Origin: Ruminococcus albus 7 = DSM 20455
GTDB lineage: Bacteria; Bacillota; Clostridia; Oscillospirales; Ruminococcaceae
NCBI RefSeq assembly: GCF_000179635.2
Contig: NC_014833.1
Span: 1,770,001 to 1,802,000, forward strand
Length of the DNA stretch: 32,000 nucleotides
Reading direction: 5' to 3'
The position numbers and the translations under genes were made by a program. The notes under the pieces were generated by a model. That model ran no database searches and was not told where the DNA came from. It worked only from the letters and a program-made list of their open reading frames with translations. This document shows positions 1 through 7,102 of this stretch, piece by piece. How positions within the stretch are numbered: position 1 is the stretch's first letter; each line of letters starts with the position of its first letter.

Positions 1-196
1 CAATCGGGGAGGTCTGATAGGCAAGTGCAGCTTTGCCTACGGTTTTTATGTAGTCCTCCCAGTTTGCCTGTACGCGTTGGTCATAGTCTATCATGGTCGG
101 GTCGGTCTGAGTTGCTGCCCATGTGGGTATGGAAGTAAATGCCATGCAAAGAGCAGCAATAACAGCAGTGATCCTTTTTATATTGTTTTTGTTCAC
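1..196 (-). CDS. secreted hypothetical protein, N-terminal part only (gene runs off the left edge)
   Basis: GTG at 196-194 is preceded by AGGAGG (210-205, 8-nt spacer). The translation VNKNNIKRITAVIAALCMAFTSIPTWAATQTDPTMIDYDQRVQANWEDYIKTVGKAALAYQTSPI has a basic n-region, a hydrophobic core and an AxA-like cleavage site. The frame stays open to position 1. It is absent from the ORF track because it has no stop in the window. Confidence 0.55.
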   Translation of the reverse strand, partial: MNKNNIKRITAVIAALCMAFTSIPTWAATQTDPTMIDYDQRVQANWEDYIKTVGKAALAYQTSPI

Positions 197-317
197 GATA
201 TAGGCCTCCTCGTGTATTGTTTATAGTGTATTAAAATAATCCAAATTCTAATTTTATTTTATCACAATTAATGAGTGAAGTCAATGGACTAAATGAAAAC
301 AAATATTACATTCTCGG

Positions 318-678
318 CCCTCGCGCGGGTACGCATCACGTCACGTACAAGGTGATTGAGGGAAGAATGTTTCTCGGTAACCATTGTCAGCTGTAGCGGA
401 GAGTTTGTTTCCCCTCGCGCGGGTACGCATCACGTCACGTACAAGGTGATTGAGGGAAGAATGTTTCTCGGTAACCATTGTCAGCTGTAGCGGAGAGTTT
501 GTTTCCCCTCGCGCGGGTACGCATCACGTCACGTACAAGGTGATTGAGGGAAGAATGTTTCTCGGTAACCATTGTCAGCTGTAGCGGAGAGTTTGTTTCC
601 CCTCGCGCGGGTACGCGTCACGTCACGTACAAGGTGATTGAGGGAAGCGTGTTTCACGGTAAACATTGTCAGCTGTAA
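318..678. repeat. tandem direct repeat, 94-bp unit, about 3.8 copies (three identical, the fourth diverged)
   Basis: The TCGCGC anchor recurs at 321, 415, 509 and 603, an exact 94-bp period. Copies at 318-410, 411-504 and 505-598 are identical. Copy 599-678 has 6 substitutions and then loses homology. The array is a GC-rich island in an AT-rich intergenic region. Each unit contains TGA, TAA and TAG, and 94 is not a multiple of 3, so it is non-coding. Confidence 0.97.
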
Positions 679-764
679 AGAAAAATGGCTATACCGTACG
701 TATTTGTAAACGGTATTATCAAAAATGTTCTGAACGGATATGAGCAAATATATCTCACAGTGTC

Positions 765-793
765 TTTACATTTTAAGAAATTTATGCTATAAT
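765..793 (+). promoter_or_regulatory. sigma-70 type promoter (TTTACA-17 bp-TATAAT with TGc extended -10)
   Basis: TTTACA at 765-770, TATAAT at 788-793, exact 17-bp spacer, TG at 785-786. It sits about 60 nt upstream of the ATG at 855. Confidence 0.7.
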
Positions 794-854
794 CTAAAAG
801 ATGATCCGAACGGGGTACACCCCCATTTGCAAATCTATAACGGAGGTAATTACA

Positions 855-1619
855 ATGGCTGAAAATACAGGAAACAACGAGAAAAAAGAGGGAAATGTTC
901 TTGCAGGATTTGTCCTCTATAAAGATGCCAACATGGATTGGGCAAGGTTCAGAAAATCTTTGAAAGAGGATTGGGGCATAGAAGCCGAGGGCGAAGACGA
1001 GGTCAAGGATAACGCCATAGTATTCCACACCGAAGGTATGGTAGTTGCTTGTTCGCTTATGCCGAACCCTGTACCCAACAATGAGGCAGAGGAATGTGCT
1101 AAGAATAATATTCTCTGGAAAGACGGTGCCGCTGAAGTTGCAAAGCATCAGGCTCACGTCATGGTAGCGGTAATGAACAAGTTCGATGCTATGGAACAGG
1201 CTATCCTTTTTGCGAAGATAGCTTACAGCCTGCTAAAACTTGACAACGCAATTGGTATATACAAGAATCCCACAGTATACGAGAAGAAGTTCTATATTGA
1301 TTTTGCAGAAACGATAAAAAACGGTGAGCTTCCGGTACCTATACTTCTTTATACAGGTATGTATCTTGCTAAAGACGGTCTTTGTGCATTCACACAGGGA
1401 ATGACCTTCTTTGGTAAGAACGAGATGGAGATCATCGATAGTAAGCAGCAGCCTGATCAGGTGGTCGGATTTATGTTCTCCATCGAGGAATATGTTCTGA
1501 GTGAGGATGTTGAACTGAAAGACGGCGAGACCATCGGTTTTTCAGAGGAGCAGAAGCTGCCCATAAGTGTGGGTGAAGGTGTCAGCGTAAAGGGCATCAC
1601 CGCAAAGATAGGTTTCTGA
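855..1619 (+). CDS. hypothetical soluble protein, possibly DUF4261 family
   Basis: ORF-track entry 801..1619 trimmed to ATG 855 (GGAGG at 842-846, 8-nt spacer). The promoter at 765-793 puts the TSS near 800, which argues against the 801 start. 254 aa with no signal peptide or TM segment. The DUF4261 resemblance is from memory only. Confidence 0.8.
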   Translation: MAENTGNNEKKEGNVLAGFVLYKDANMDWARFRKSLKEDWGIEAEGEDEVKDNAIVFHTEGMVVACSLMPNPVPNNEAEECAKNNILWKDGAAEVAKHQAHVMVAVMNKFDAMEQAILFAKIAYSLLKLDNAIGIYKNPTVYEKKFYIDFAETIKNGELPVPILLYTGMYLAKDGLCAFTQGMTFFGKNEMEIIDSKQQPDQVVGFMFSIEEYVLSEDVELKDGETIGFSEEQKLPISVGEGVSVKGITAKIGF

Positions 1620-1620
1620 T

Positions 1621-2271
1621 ATGGATATCACAGGATTCAAGGCTGCAGTATTTGATCTTGACGGAACGCTCATACGCTCAAAAGGAGTATGGAGCGAGAT
1701 AGACAGGCAGTTTTTCAGAAAGCGGGGGCTTGAAGTCCCCGATGATTACTGCCGTGCTGTATCCACTAAAAATTTCAGGTCTGCAGCTGTGTACACCAAA
1801 GAACTTCTCGGGCTGGAAGACAGTGTTGAGAGCATAATGCAGGAATGGCATGAAATGGCAGTATACGAATATACACATATCATCGGTGAGGTTGACGGTG
1901 CGGCTGATTTTCTCAGGTATCTTTCCGAAAAGGGGATAAAGCTGGGGCTTGCCACAGCAAACTCAGCGTCGCTTTATGAGCCTGTGCTGAAAAGGCTTGG
2001 GGTCTACTCTTTGTTTGACAGCTTTGCCACTACCGAGGAAGTTGAGCACGGCAAGGGCTTTCCTGATGTGTATGAGCTTGCTTGCGAAAGGCTTGGAGAG
2101 AGCTCTGATGATACCATAGTGTTTGAAGATCTGCCAGAGGGTATACACGGTGCAAAGCTTGGCGGATTTACTGCAGCAGCTTGTCTTGATGACCTTAGCG
2201 ATGAAAGCAGGGAGATCATGCAGCAGGATGCAGACATCTGTTTTGAAAGCTACAAAGAACTTTATGAATGA
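1621..2271 (+). CDS. HAD-superfamily hydrolase (subfamily IA, beta-phosphoglucomutase/phosphatase-like)
   Basis: 216-aa ORF with HAD motif I FDLDGTL, a motif II-like GLATAN, and a C-terminal acidic motif VFEDLPEGIHGAKLGG. The ATG lies 1 nt after the upstream stop, so the genes are operonic. Confidence 0.88.
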   Translation: MDITGFKAAVFDLDGTLIRSKGVWSEIDRQFFRKRGLEVPDDYCRAVSTKNFRSAAVYTKELLGLEDSVESIMQEWHEMAVYEYTHIIGEVDGAADFLRYLSEKGIKLGLATANSASLYEPVLKRLGVYSLFDSFATTEEVEHGKGFPDVYELACERLGESSDDTIVFEDLPEGIHGAKLGGFTAAACLDDLSDESREIMQQDADICFESYKELYE

Positions 2272-2316
2272 AAAGTAAATGAATATATAATAATTTGTAA
2301 AACTGCATTTTGCCTA

Positions 2317-2345
2317 TTGACAACACGCCTATATAATGCTATAAT
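2317..2345 (+). promoter_or_regulatory. consensus sigma-70 promoter for the tRNA gene
   Basis: TTGACA at 2317-2322, 17-bp spacer, TATAAT at 2340-2345, TG at 2337-2338. The tRNA 5' end is 16 nt downstream. Confidence 0.75.
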
Positions 2346-2360
2346 ATTAGAGTTGATTGA

Positions 2361-2437
2361 GCGCCAGTAGCTCAGCTGGATAGAGTGACTGGCTACGAAC
2401 CAGTAGGTCGGGGGTTCGAGTCCCTCCTGGCGCACCA
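2361..2437 (+). tRNA. tRNA-Arg (anticodon ACG), CCA encoded
   Basis: Hand-folded cloverleaf. Acceptor GCGCCAG/CTGGCGC, D stem GCTC/GAGT, anticodon stem ACTGG/CCAGT with loop CTACGAA (anticodon ACG). T arm GGGGG-TTCGAGT-CCCTC, discriminator A, then CCA at 2435-2437. Confidence 0.95.
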
Positions 2438-2447
2438 ACTAAAAATT

Positions 2448-2490
2448 CCCGTTAATATAGCGGAAACGCTGTATTAACGGGTTTTCTTTT
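2448..2490 (+). terminator. intrinsic terminator after the tRNA
   Basis: 15-bp stem CCCGTTAATATAGCG / CGCTGTATTAACGGG (one G-U pair), GAAA loop, followed by TTTTCTTTT. Confidence 0.85.
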
Positions 2491-2541
2491 GTTCATTAAC
2501 GATGGAGAGTATTATAATTGCTCCTGATTTATAGCTTGATG

Positions 2542-2603
2542 TTTCACATATCCATCACAAAAACATACAATAATTCCACGAACTATGTCCGCTATTCCAC
2601 ATT
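2542..2603 (+). promoter_or_regulatory. upstream motif copy A: TTTCACA-N5-ATCACAAA-N11-ATTCCAC plus a second ATTCCACATT
   Basis: The same 38-nt architecture recurs at 3361-3398. TCACA half-sites lie 11 bp apart (2544 and 2555), as expected for direct-repeat binding by a winged-helix response regulator. Confidence 0.45.
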
Positions 2604-2689
2604 GATTCTATTATCCTTTCAGATTTGTGCTGTACTATATAGCTACGGAAACAAATTCCGGACACAAAACAGAAAGGAACGTGAACACT

Positions 2690-3301
2690 ATGAGATCATT
2701 TTCAAAATCCGCTGCCTGCATTTGTGCTTTGGTAATGGCAGCATCGACCATGACTGCTGTCAGCGTAAGTGCAGAGCAGAACAAAGGTTCAGCTGCAGCT
2801 GTTACACAGGAGAACAGCAAGTCAGAAAATACTGACGTTAAGTTCGGAAAGGTAACTGCGGTGAATGGCAGCGAAATAACTGTTGCCCTCGGAGATTTTA
2901 CCAAAACGGAAAAATCTTCGGAAACTTCGGATGTGAAGGAAAAGAAAAAGCAGTCCGATGAAACATCTTCCACAGATGAACAGCAGACCGAGAAGATCAA
3001 AACAAAAGTCAAAGGTCATAAAGGCAAAGGCGGACATCGCGACAGTTTTACTGAAGACGGCACTACCGTTACGGTGACTGTCACTGATAACATTACCGTC
3101 AGCAGAAAGGGTGCAGAGGCTTCAGTATCAGACATCAGTGAGGGCGATATAATAAAGCTTGGATACAATGAAAATGCTGAACTTGAAATCGTAAAACTGA
3201 TGAAAGGCCATAAACACAGCGGATCAGGTACGGAAGGCAGTTCAAAAACCCGTCCCGCAAAGAAAGCAGGCAAGTCTTCGGAACAAAGTACCGAAGCATA
3301 A
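2690..3301 (+). CDS. secreted low-complexity (Lys/Ser/Glu/Thr-rich) hypothetical protein
   Basis: ORF-track entry 2627..3301 trimmed to ATG 2690. This gives MRSFSKSAACICALVMAASTMTAVSVSAEQ, a signal peptide with a VSA-E cleavage-like site. Two short beta-rich segments (KFGKVTAVNGSEITVALGDF and TVTVTDNITVSRKG...DIIKLGYNENAELEIVKL) are separated by charged low-complexity sequence. Confidence 0.75.
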   Translation: MRSFSKSAACICALVMAASTMTAVSVSAEQNKGSAAAVTQENSKSENTDVKFGKVTAVNGSEITVALGDFTKTEKSSETSDVKEKKKQSDETSSTDEQQTEKIKTKVKGHKGKGGHRDSFTEDGTTVTVTVTDNITVSRKGAEASVSDISEGDIIKLGYNENAELEIVKLMKGHKHSGSGTEGSSKTRPAKKAGKSSEQSTEA

Positions 3302-3328
3302 ATGACCCCGAATATTTTTGAACCGTGT

Positions 3329-3363
3329 TCCCGACAGTCATTATTGATTGTCGGGACTTTTTT
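3329..3363 (+). terminator. intrinsic terminator
   Basis: 8-bp stem TCCCGACA / TGTCGGGA, 12-nt loop, then CTTTTTT. Confidence 0.7.
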
Positions 3364-3401
3364 CACAATACTATCACAAAGTACGACTATGATTCCACAT
3401 T
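3361..3401 (+). promoter_or_regulatory. upstream motif copy B: TTTCACA-N5-ATCACAAA-N11-ATTCCACATT
   Basis: It aligns position for position with 2542-2579 (the distance from TTTCACA to ATTCCAC is 31 nt in both). Further TTTCCAC / TTTCAC half-sites occur at 3413-3426. Confidence 0.45.
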
Positions 3402-3508
3402 AAAAGCCCGACTTTCCACTTTCACTCCTTTATCTTCTCATAGAGATCATGTATCATTAGATCATAGAAACAAACAACAAGTTTCAATAACCGAAAGGAA
3501 GTGCTTTT

Positions 3509-4711
3509 ATGAAAAAGACTTATTTAACATCAATTATAGTGTCAGCTGTTATCGTTGCTTCTATGGCAGGCTGTGGAAATATCACATCTACGGACAAAAC
3601 AAACGCTGAAACATCAAAAGAGATCATCACCGAAAAGATCGCAGAGCTTTCATACAATACATCATCTGATGAGATCTTCACCGAGCGTGACCTTGAGCAG
3701 ACCGCAGATACAAGCGAGTCGCAGAGTATTGCCGTTGCCGATAACAAGACGATAGATATCACCGAGGAAGGTGTGTATGTCATCAGCGGCACAGCGGAAA
3801 ACTGCACCATAAATATCAATGCAGACGAAAATGCTAAGGTACAGCTCGTACTTGACGGAGTAAGCATTACCAATAACGACTTCCCTGCAATATACGTTGT
3901 TTCAGCAGACAAGGTATTTGTTACCACTACAGAAAGCGAAAATACACTTAAAGTCAGCGGAGAGTTTACAGCAGACGGTGAAACCAATACCGATGCAGTT
4001 ATCTTCTCGAAAGAAGATCTTGTCCTCAACGGTACGGGTACGCTGAATGTTACTTCTGATTACGGAAACGGTATTACCTGCAAGGACGAAATGAAGATCA
4101 CAGGCGGAACATACAATGTAAGTTCGGCACTTGATGCATTTGAAGCGAATGATTCTATCTCCATAAGTGATGGAAAATTCAATATCACCTCAAATAAGGA
4201 CGGTATCCACTGTGAAAATGATGAACTTGAAGGTACGATAACTATCACAGGAGGATCATTTGAAATAAACGCTGTCAGCGATGGTATCCAGGCTAGTGCA
4301 CTGCTGCAGATAGACAGCGGAGATCTCAATATAACAGCCGCTGAGGGACTTGAAGCTACATATATACTTATCAATGACGGCAATATCACAATAGATGCCA
4401 GCGATGACGGTATCAACGCTTCAGCGAATTCCGGCAGTTATGAAGCAGCTATAGTAATAAACGGCGGAGATATTAATGTGGCAGTAGGTCAGGGCGATAC
4501 TGATGCTATCGACTCAAACGGTTCGATCTTTGTTAACGGCGGAACTATAAATGTCACCGCACAGATGTCCTCTTTCGATTACGATAAAACTGCTGAATTC
4601 AACGGTGGAACTATCATCGTCAACGGACAGGAAGTCTCGGAGATACCACAAAGCATGATGGGCGGCGGTATGAGAGGCGGAATGGGCGGCGGAAAACACA
4701 GGGGTTTCTGA
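3509..4711 (+). CDS. lipoprotein with right-handed beta-helix repeats, Cthe_2159-like carbohydrate-binding family (PF14262-like)
   Basis: 400 aa. RBS AAAGGAAG lies 7 nt before the ATG. Signal peptide with lipobox SMAGC (Cys22). Periodic repeats of the type ITGGTYNVSS..DAFEAND, ITITGGSFEINAVSDGIQA, GNITIDASDDGINA, NGGDINVAVGQGDTDAIDSNG. Gly/Met-rich C-terminal tail. Confidence 0.8.
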   Translation: MKKTYLTSIIVSAVIVASMAGCGNITSTDKTNAETSKEIITEKIAELSYNTSSDEIFTERDLEQTADTSESQSIAVADNKTIDITEEGVYVISGTAENCTININADENAKVQLVLDGVSITNNDFPAIYVVSADKVFVTTTESENTLKVSGEFTADGETNTDAVIFSKEDLVLNGTGTLNVTSDYGNGITCKDEMKITGGTYNVSSALDAFEANDSISISDGKFNITSNKDGIHCENDELEGTITITGGSFEINAVSDGIQASALLQIDSGDLNITAAEGLEATYILINDGNITIDASDDGINASANSGSYEAAIVINGGDINVAVGQGDTDAIDSNGSIFVNGGTINVTAQMSSFDYDKTAEFNGGTIIVNGQEVSEIPQSMMGGGMRGGMGGGKHRGF

Positions 4712-4773
4712 TACCCATAGCTGAGGCTTCCCACGATTCAAATATCCCGAGCCTGTGGCTGACATATCGGAAA

Positions 4774-4809
4774 AATGCTCCCTTGAAGCTTTACAAAGGG
4801 GCATTTTTC
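4774..4809 (+). terminator. imperfect hairpin plus T-tract (possible terminator overlapping the next promoter)
   Basis: AATGCTCCCTTG / CAAAGGGGCATT (one G-U pair, one C-A mismatch), 8-nt loop, then TTTTT. The 3' arm overlaps the -35 of the promoter at 4790-4818. Confidence 0.4.
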
Positions 4810-4818
4810 GTGTATAAT
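4790..4818 (+). promoter_or_regulatory. sigma-70 type promoter for the two-component operon
   Basis: TTTACA at 4790-4795, 17-bp spacer, TATAAT at 4813-4818. Confidence 0.6.
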
Positions 4819-4847
4819 GATTACAATACTATTTCAGGAGGTGCACT

Positions 4848-5522
4848 GTGTCAAGAATACTTATCGTTGATGATGAGCCTGATATAATCACACTGATAAG
4901 CCGTTATGCAGAACGTGAAGGCTATGAAGTCGTTACTGCTGAAGACGGCAGTCAGGCTATAGATATCTGTCGGAAAGAAGATTTCGACCTTATAGTTATG
5001 GATATCATGATGCCCGATACCGACGGTTTTACAGCCTGTAAGAAAATAAAGGAGTTCAAGGATATTCCGGTTATCATGCTGTCTGCACGCGGAACAGAGT
5101 TTGATAAGCTGTTCGGCTTTGAGGTAGGTGTTGACGATTATGTTACAAAGCCTTTCTCACCCAGGGAACTTATGGCTCGTATCAAAGCTGTGATAAATCG
5201 GAGCAAGACCGATGTTTCAGAAAATGACAGCGGTATCGTAAATATTGGAGGTATGGAGATAGATACCTTCGGGCTTACTGTGACAGTTGACGGAACAAGA
5301 AACGAATTAACAGCTAAGGAATACGCTCTGCTGATGTTTTTTGTGAATAATCGCGGCATAGTACTCACCCGCGATCAGATACTAAACGAAGTTTGGGGAT
5401 ATGACAGCTTCGGAGTTGACCGCACAGTTGACTGGCAGATCAAATTGCTGAGAAGTAAACTCGGTTCTTGCCGTGACTGCATTAAAACAGTTCGAGGGGT
5501 GGGATATAAATTTGAAGTATAA
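4848..5522 (+). CDS. OmpR/PhoB-family response regulator
   Basis: GTG start with AGGAGG at 4836-4841. Receiver domain (ILIVDDEP, DLIVMDIMMPDTDG, KP motif VTKPFSPREL) plus a winged-helix output domain (LTAKEYALLMFF...VDWQIKLLRSKL...TVRGVGYKF). Confidence 0.93.
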   Translation: MSRILIVDDEPDIITLISRYAEREGYEVVTAEDGSQAIDICRKEDFDLIVMDIMMPDTDGFTACKKIKEFKDIPVIMLSARGTEFDKLFGFEVGVDDYVTKPFSPRELMARIKAVINRSKTDVSENDSGIVNIGGMEIDTFGLTVTVDGTRNELTAKEYALLMFFVNNRGIVLTRDQILNEVWGYDSFGVDRTVDWQIKLLRSKLGSCRDCIKTVRGVGYKFEV

Positions 5523-6945
5523 AGCCAGGACATTCCGCAAAAAGCTGCTGGGATATTTCATGCTGTTCACCGCGGTTATTTTTACTGTTCTATGGCTTTT
5601 GCAGACAGTATTTCTGCAAAGCTTTTACAATGGTATGATAATCAGGAACACCATATCCGCAGCTAATAAGATAATCGCATTTGACAGCGATATTACCGAA
5701 AAGCTTGATGAAATATCAAGGGACAATTCATTACTGGTATATGTCACTGATACAGACGGAAATATACTTTATTCTGCCGATGAATATAAAAAGGGACACC
5801 ATGGATCTGATGAAAATGACGGCTTCGCTCAGATGAAGGGTCATAAATATGGTCGATTTCATTACAGAGAACTTCCCGATAATTTTGATGAGTTCCGCAA
5901 AGACCTTTACGATTCGGAAAACGGAGAAGCAGAATTAAAGACCGAGCAGATGTATTTCTATGGCAAGTACATAGACTATAACGGTGATAAGGCGATACTC
6001 TACCTTGGAACAAATCTGAATCCGATAGGCTCGGCTGCCCGTATAATCCGCATACAGCTTCTTATCGTAACATTTCTCTCTGTAGCCGTAGGTTTTGTGC
6101 TTGCATTGTTCATTTCAAAGAGCTTTTCACGCCCGATATCTCAGCTCAATGATAAAGCGCATACATTGGGAGAAAACTCAGATAATACAGAATTTCACAA
6201 GGGTTTCTGCTTCGAGCTTGACGAGTTGAACGAAACTCTCGACAAGACAGACGGCAAGCTGAAACAGAACAAGGAATTTCAGAACGAACTGCTTGCAAAT
6301 GTATCACATGATCTGCGCACACCCCTAACTATGATAAAAGGCTATGCCGAGATGATACGTGATATATCTCATGAGGACGAACAGCAGTGTGCCGAGGACG
6401 TTGCAGTCATCGTCAGAGAAGCAGACAGGCTGACCGCTCTTGTGGGTGAGATACTTGAATATTCCGAACTGCAGATGAAGGAGTCAGAAGATATCCTTAC
6501 CGACTGCGATCTTAGTGAAGTTGTAAATTCTGTCACGGAAAACTTTGAGAGCCTTTTCTCAAAAGACGGATATATCTTTGAACGCAGTGTTGCAGAGAAT
6601 ATCCATGTCCGCGGGAATTCATCAAGACTTACAAGAGCAGTATATAATCTCATTGATAATGCAGTGCGTCATATTGGCGATGATAAGTGGATAGGCGTTA
6701 CTCTGAAAGCTGAAAACAACAAAGCAGTCATCGAGATAGCCGACCACGGGGAGGGAATTCCAGCAGATGAGCTTGAACGGATATGGGATAAATACTATAC
6801 TAACCGACAGCGTGGCGGTAAAGGTGTTTCGGGACTGGGTCTTGCTATTGTGAAACAGACTGTCACTCAGCACGGCGGATTGTGCAGTGCTGTGTCGGAG
6901 GTCGGAGCAGGCAGTGTATTTCGCATTGAACTTGCTAAGCTATGA
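5512..6945 (+). CDS. sensor histidine kinase (HisKA + HATPase_c), two TM segments flanking an extracellular loop of about 140 aa
   Basis: H-box ELLANVSHDLRTPLTMIKGYAEMI, N-box YNLIDNAVRH, G1 DHGEGIP, G2 GKGVSGLGLAIVKQ. The start is uncertain. I prefer TTG 5512 (GAGGGGTGGG lies 8 nt upstream), which overlaps the regulator stop. The ORF-track GTG 5473 has no RBS. Confidence 0.85.
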   Translation: MKYKARTFRKKLLGYFMLFTAVIFTVLWLLQTVFLQSFYNGMIIRNTISAANKIIAFDSDITEKLDEISRDNSLLVYVTDTDGNILYSADEYKKGHHGSDENDGFAQMKGHKYGRFHYRELPDNFDEFRKDLYDSENGEAELKTEQMYFYGKYIDYNGDKAILYLGTNLNPIGSAARIIRIQLLIVTFLSVAVGFVLALFISKSFSRPISQLNDKAHTLGENSDNTEFHKGFCFELDELNETLDKTDGKLKQNKEFQNELLANVSHDLRTPLTMIKGYAEMIRDISHEDEQQCAEDVAVIVREADRLTALVGEILEYSELQMKESEDILTDCDLSEVVNSVTENFESLFSKDGYIFERSVAENIHVRGNSSRLTRAVYNLIDNAVRHIGDDKWIGVTLKAENNKAVIEIADHGEGIPADELERIWDKYYTNRQRGGKGVSGLGLAIVKQTVTQHGGLCSAVSEVGAGSVFRIELAKL

Positions 6946-6963
6946 TCAAACAGATAACGTAAA

Positions 6964-6995
6964 CGGCATTCTCAGGATCGAGAGTGCCGCTTTTT
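6964..6995 (+). terminator. intrinsic terminator after the kinase gene
   Basis: CGGCATTCTC / GAGAGTGCCG (one G-U pair), 6-nt loop, then CTTTTT. Confidence 0.75.
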
Positions 6996-7010
6996 GATAT
7001 CGCAACATAA

Positions 7011-7044
7011 ATTTAAGGTTCATTTAAGCATGGTCGGATATAAT
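7011..7044 (+). promoter_or_regulatory. candidate activator-dependent promoter: ATTTAAG direct repeat (11-bp period) plus TATAAT
   Basis: ATTTAAG at 7011-7017 and 7022-7028, TATAAT at 7039-7044. The -35 position reads AGGTTC, a poor match. The predicted TSS near 7051 excludes the ORF-track start at 7043. Confidence 0.4.
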
Positions 7045-7102
7045 GGATACTGTCAATATTATAATTGACAAGAATGAGCGATATAAAAGGAGAATGATGT
7101 TT

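Noticed and set aside
318-678. CRISPR array
   Set aside because: The whole 94-bp period is repeated, with no unique spacers between short repeats. Copies 1-3 are identical over their full length. No cas genes or leader-like context occur anywhere in the window.
801-854. Longer N-terminal extensions offered by the ORF track (801, 2627, 7043, 11307, 11935, 16826, 17404, 20873, 21757, 22485, 29830)
   Set aside because: In each case a downstream start has a proper SD at 5-10 nt and gives a sensible N-terminus (signal peptide or family-typical start). The extension lacks an RBS or begins upstream of, or within, the predicted promoter or TSS.
529-1157. Minus-strand ORFs 529..747 and 669..1157 from the ORF track
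   Set aside because: The first merely reads through the tandem repeat. The second is antisense to the well-supported DUF4261-like gene. Neither has an RBS, and both have odd composition. They are frame artefacts.
3325-3609. ORF 3325..3609 and other short intergenic ORFs (2518..2835, 30472..30744)
   Set aside because: They overlap terminators, promoters or the starts or ends of well-supported genes. They lack an RBS and have low-complexity or Cys-rich translations.
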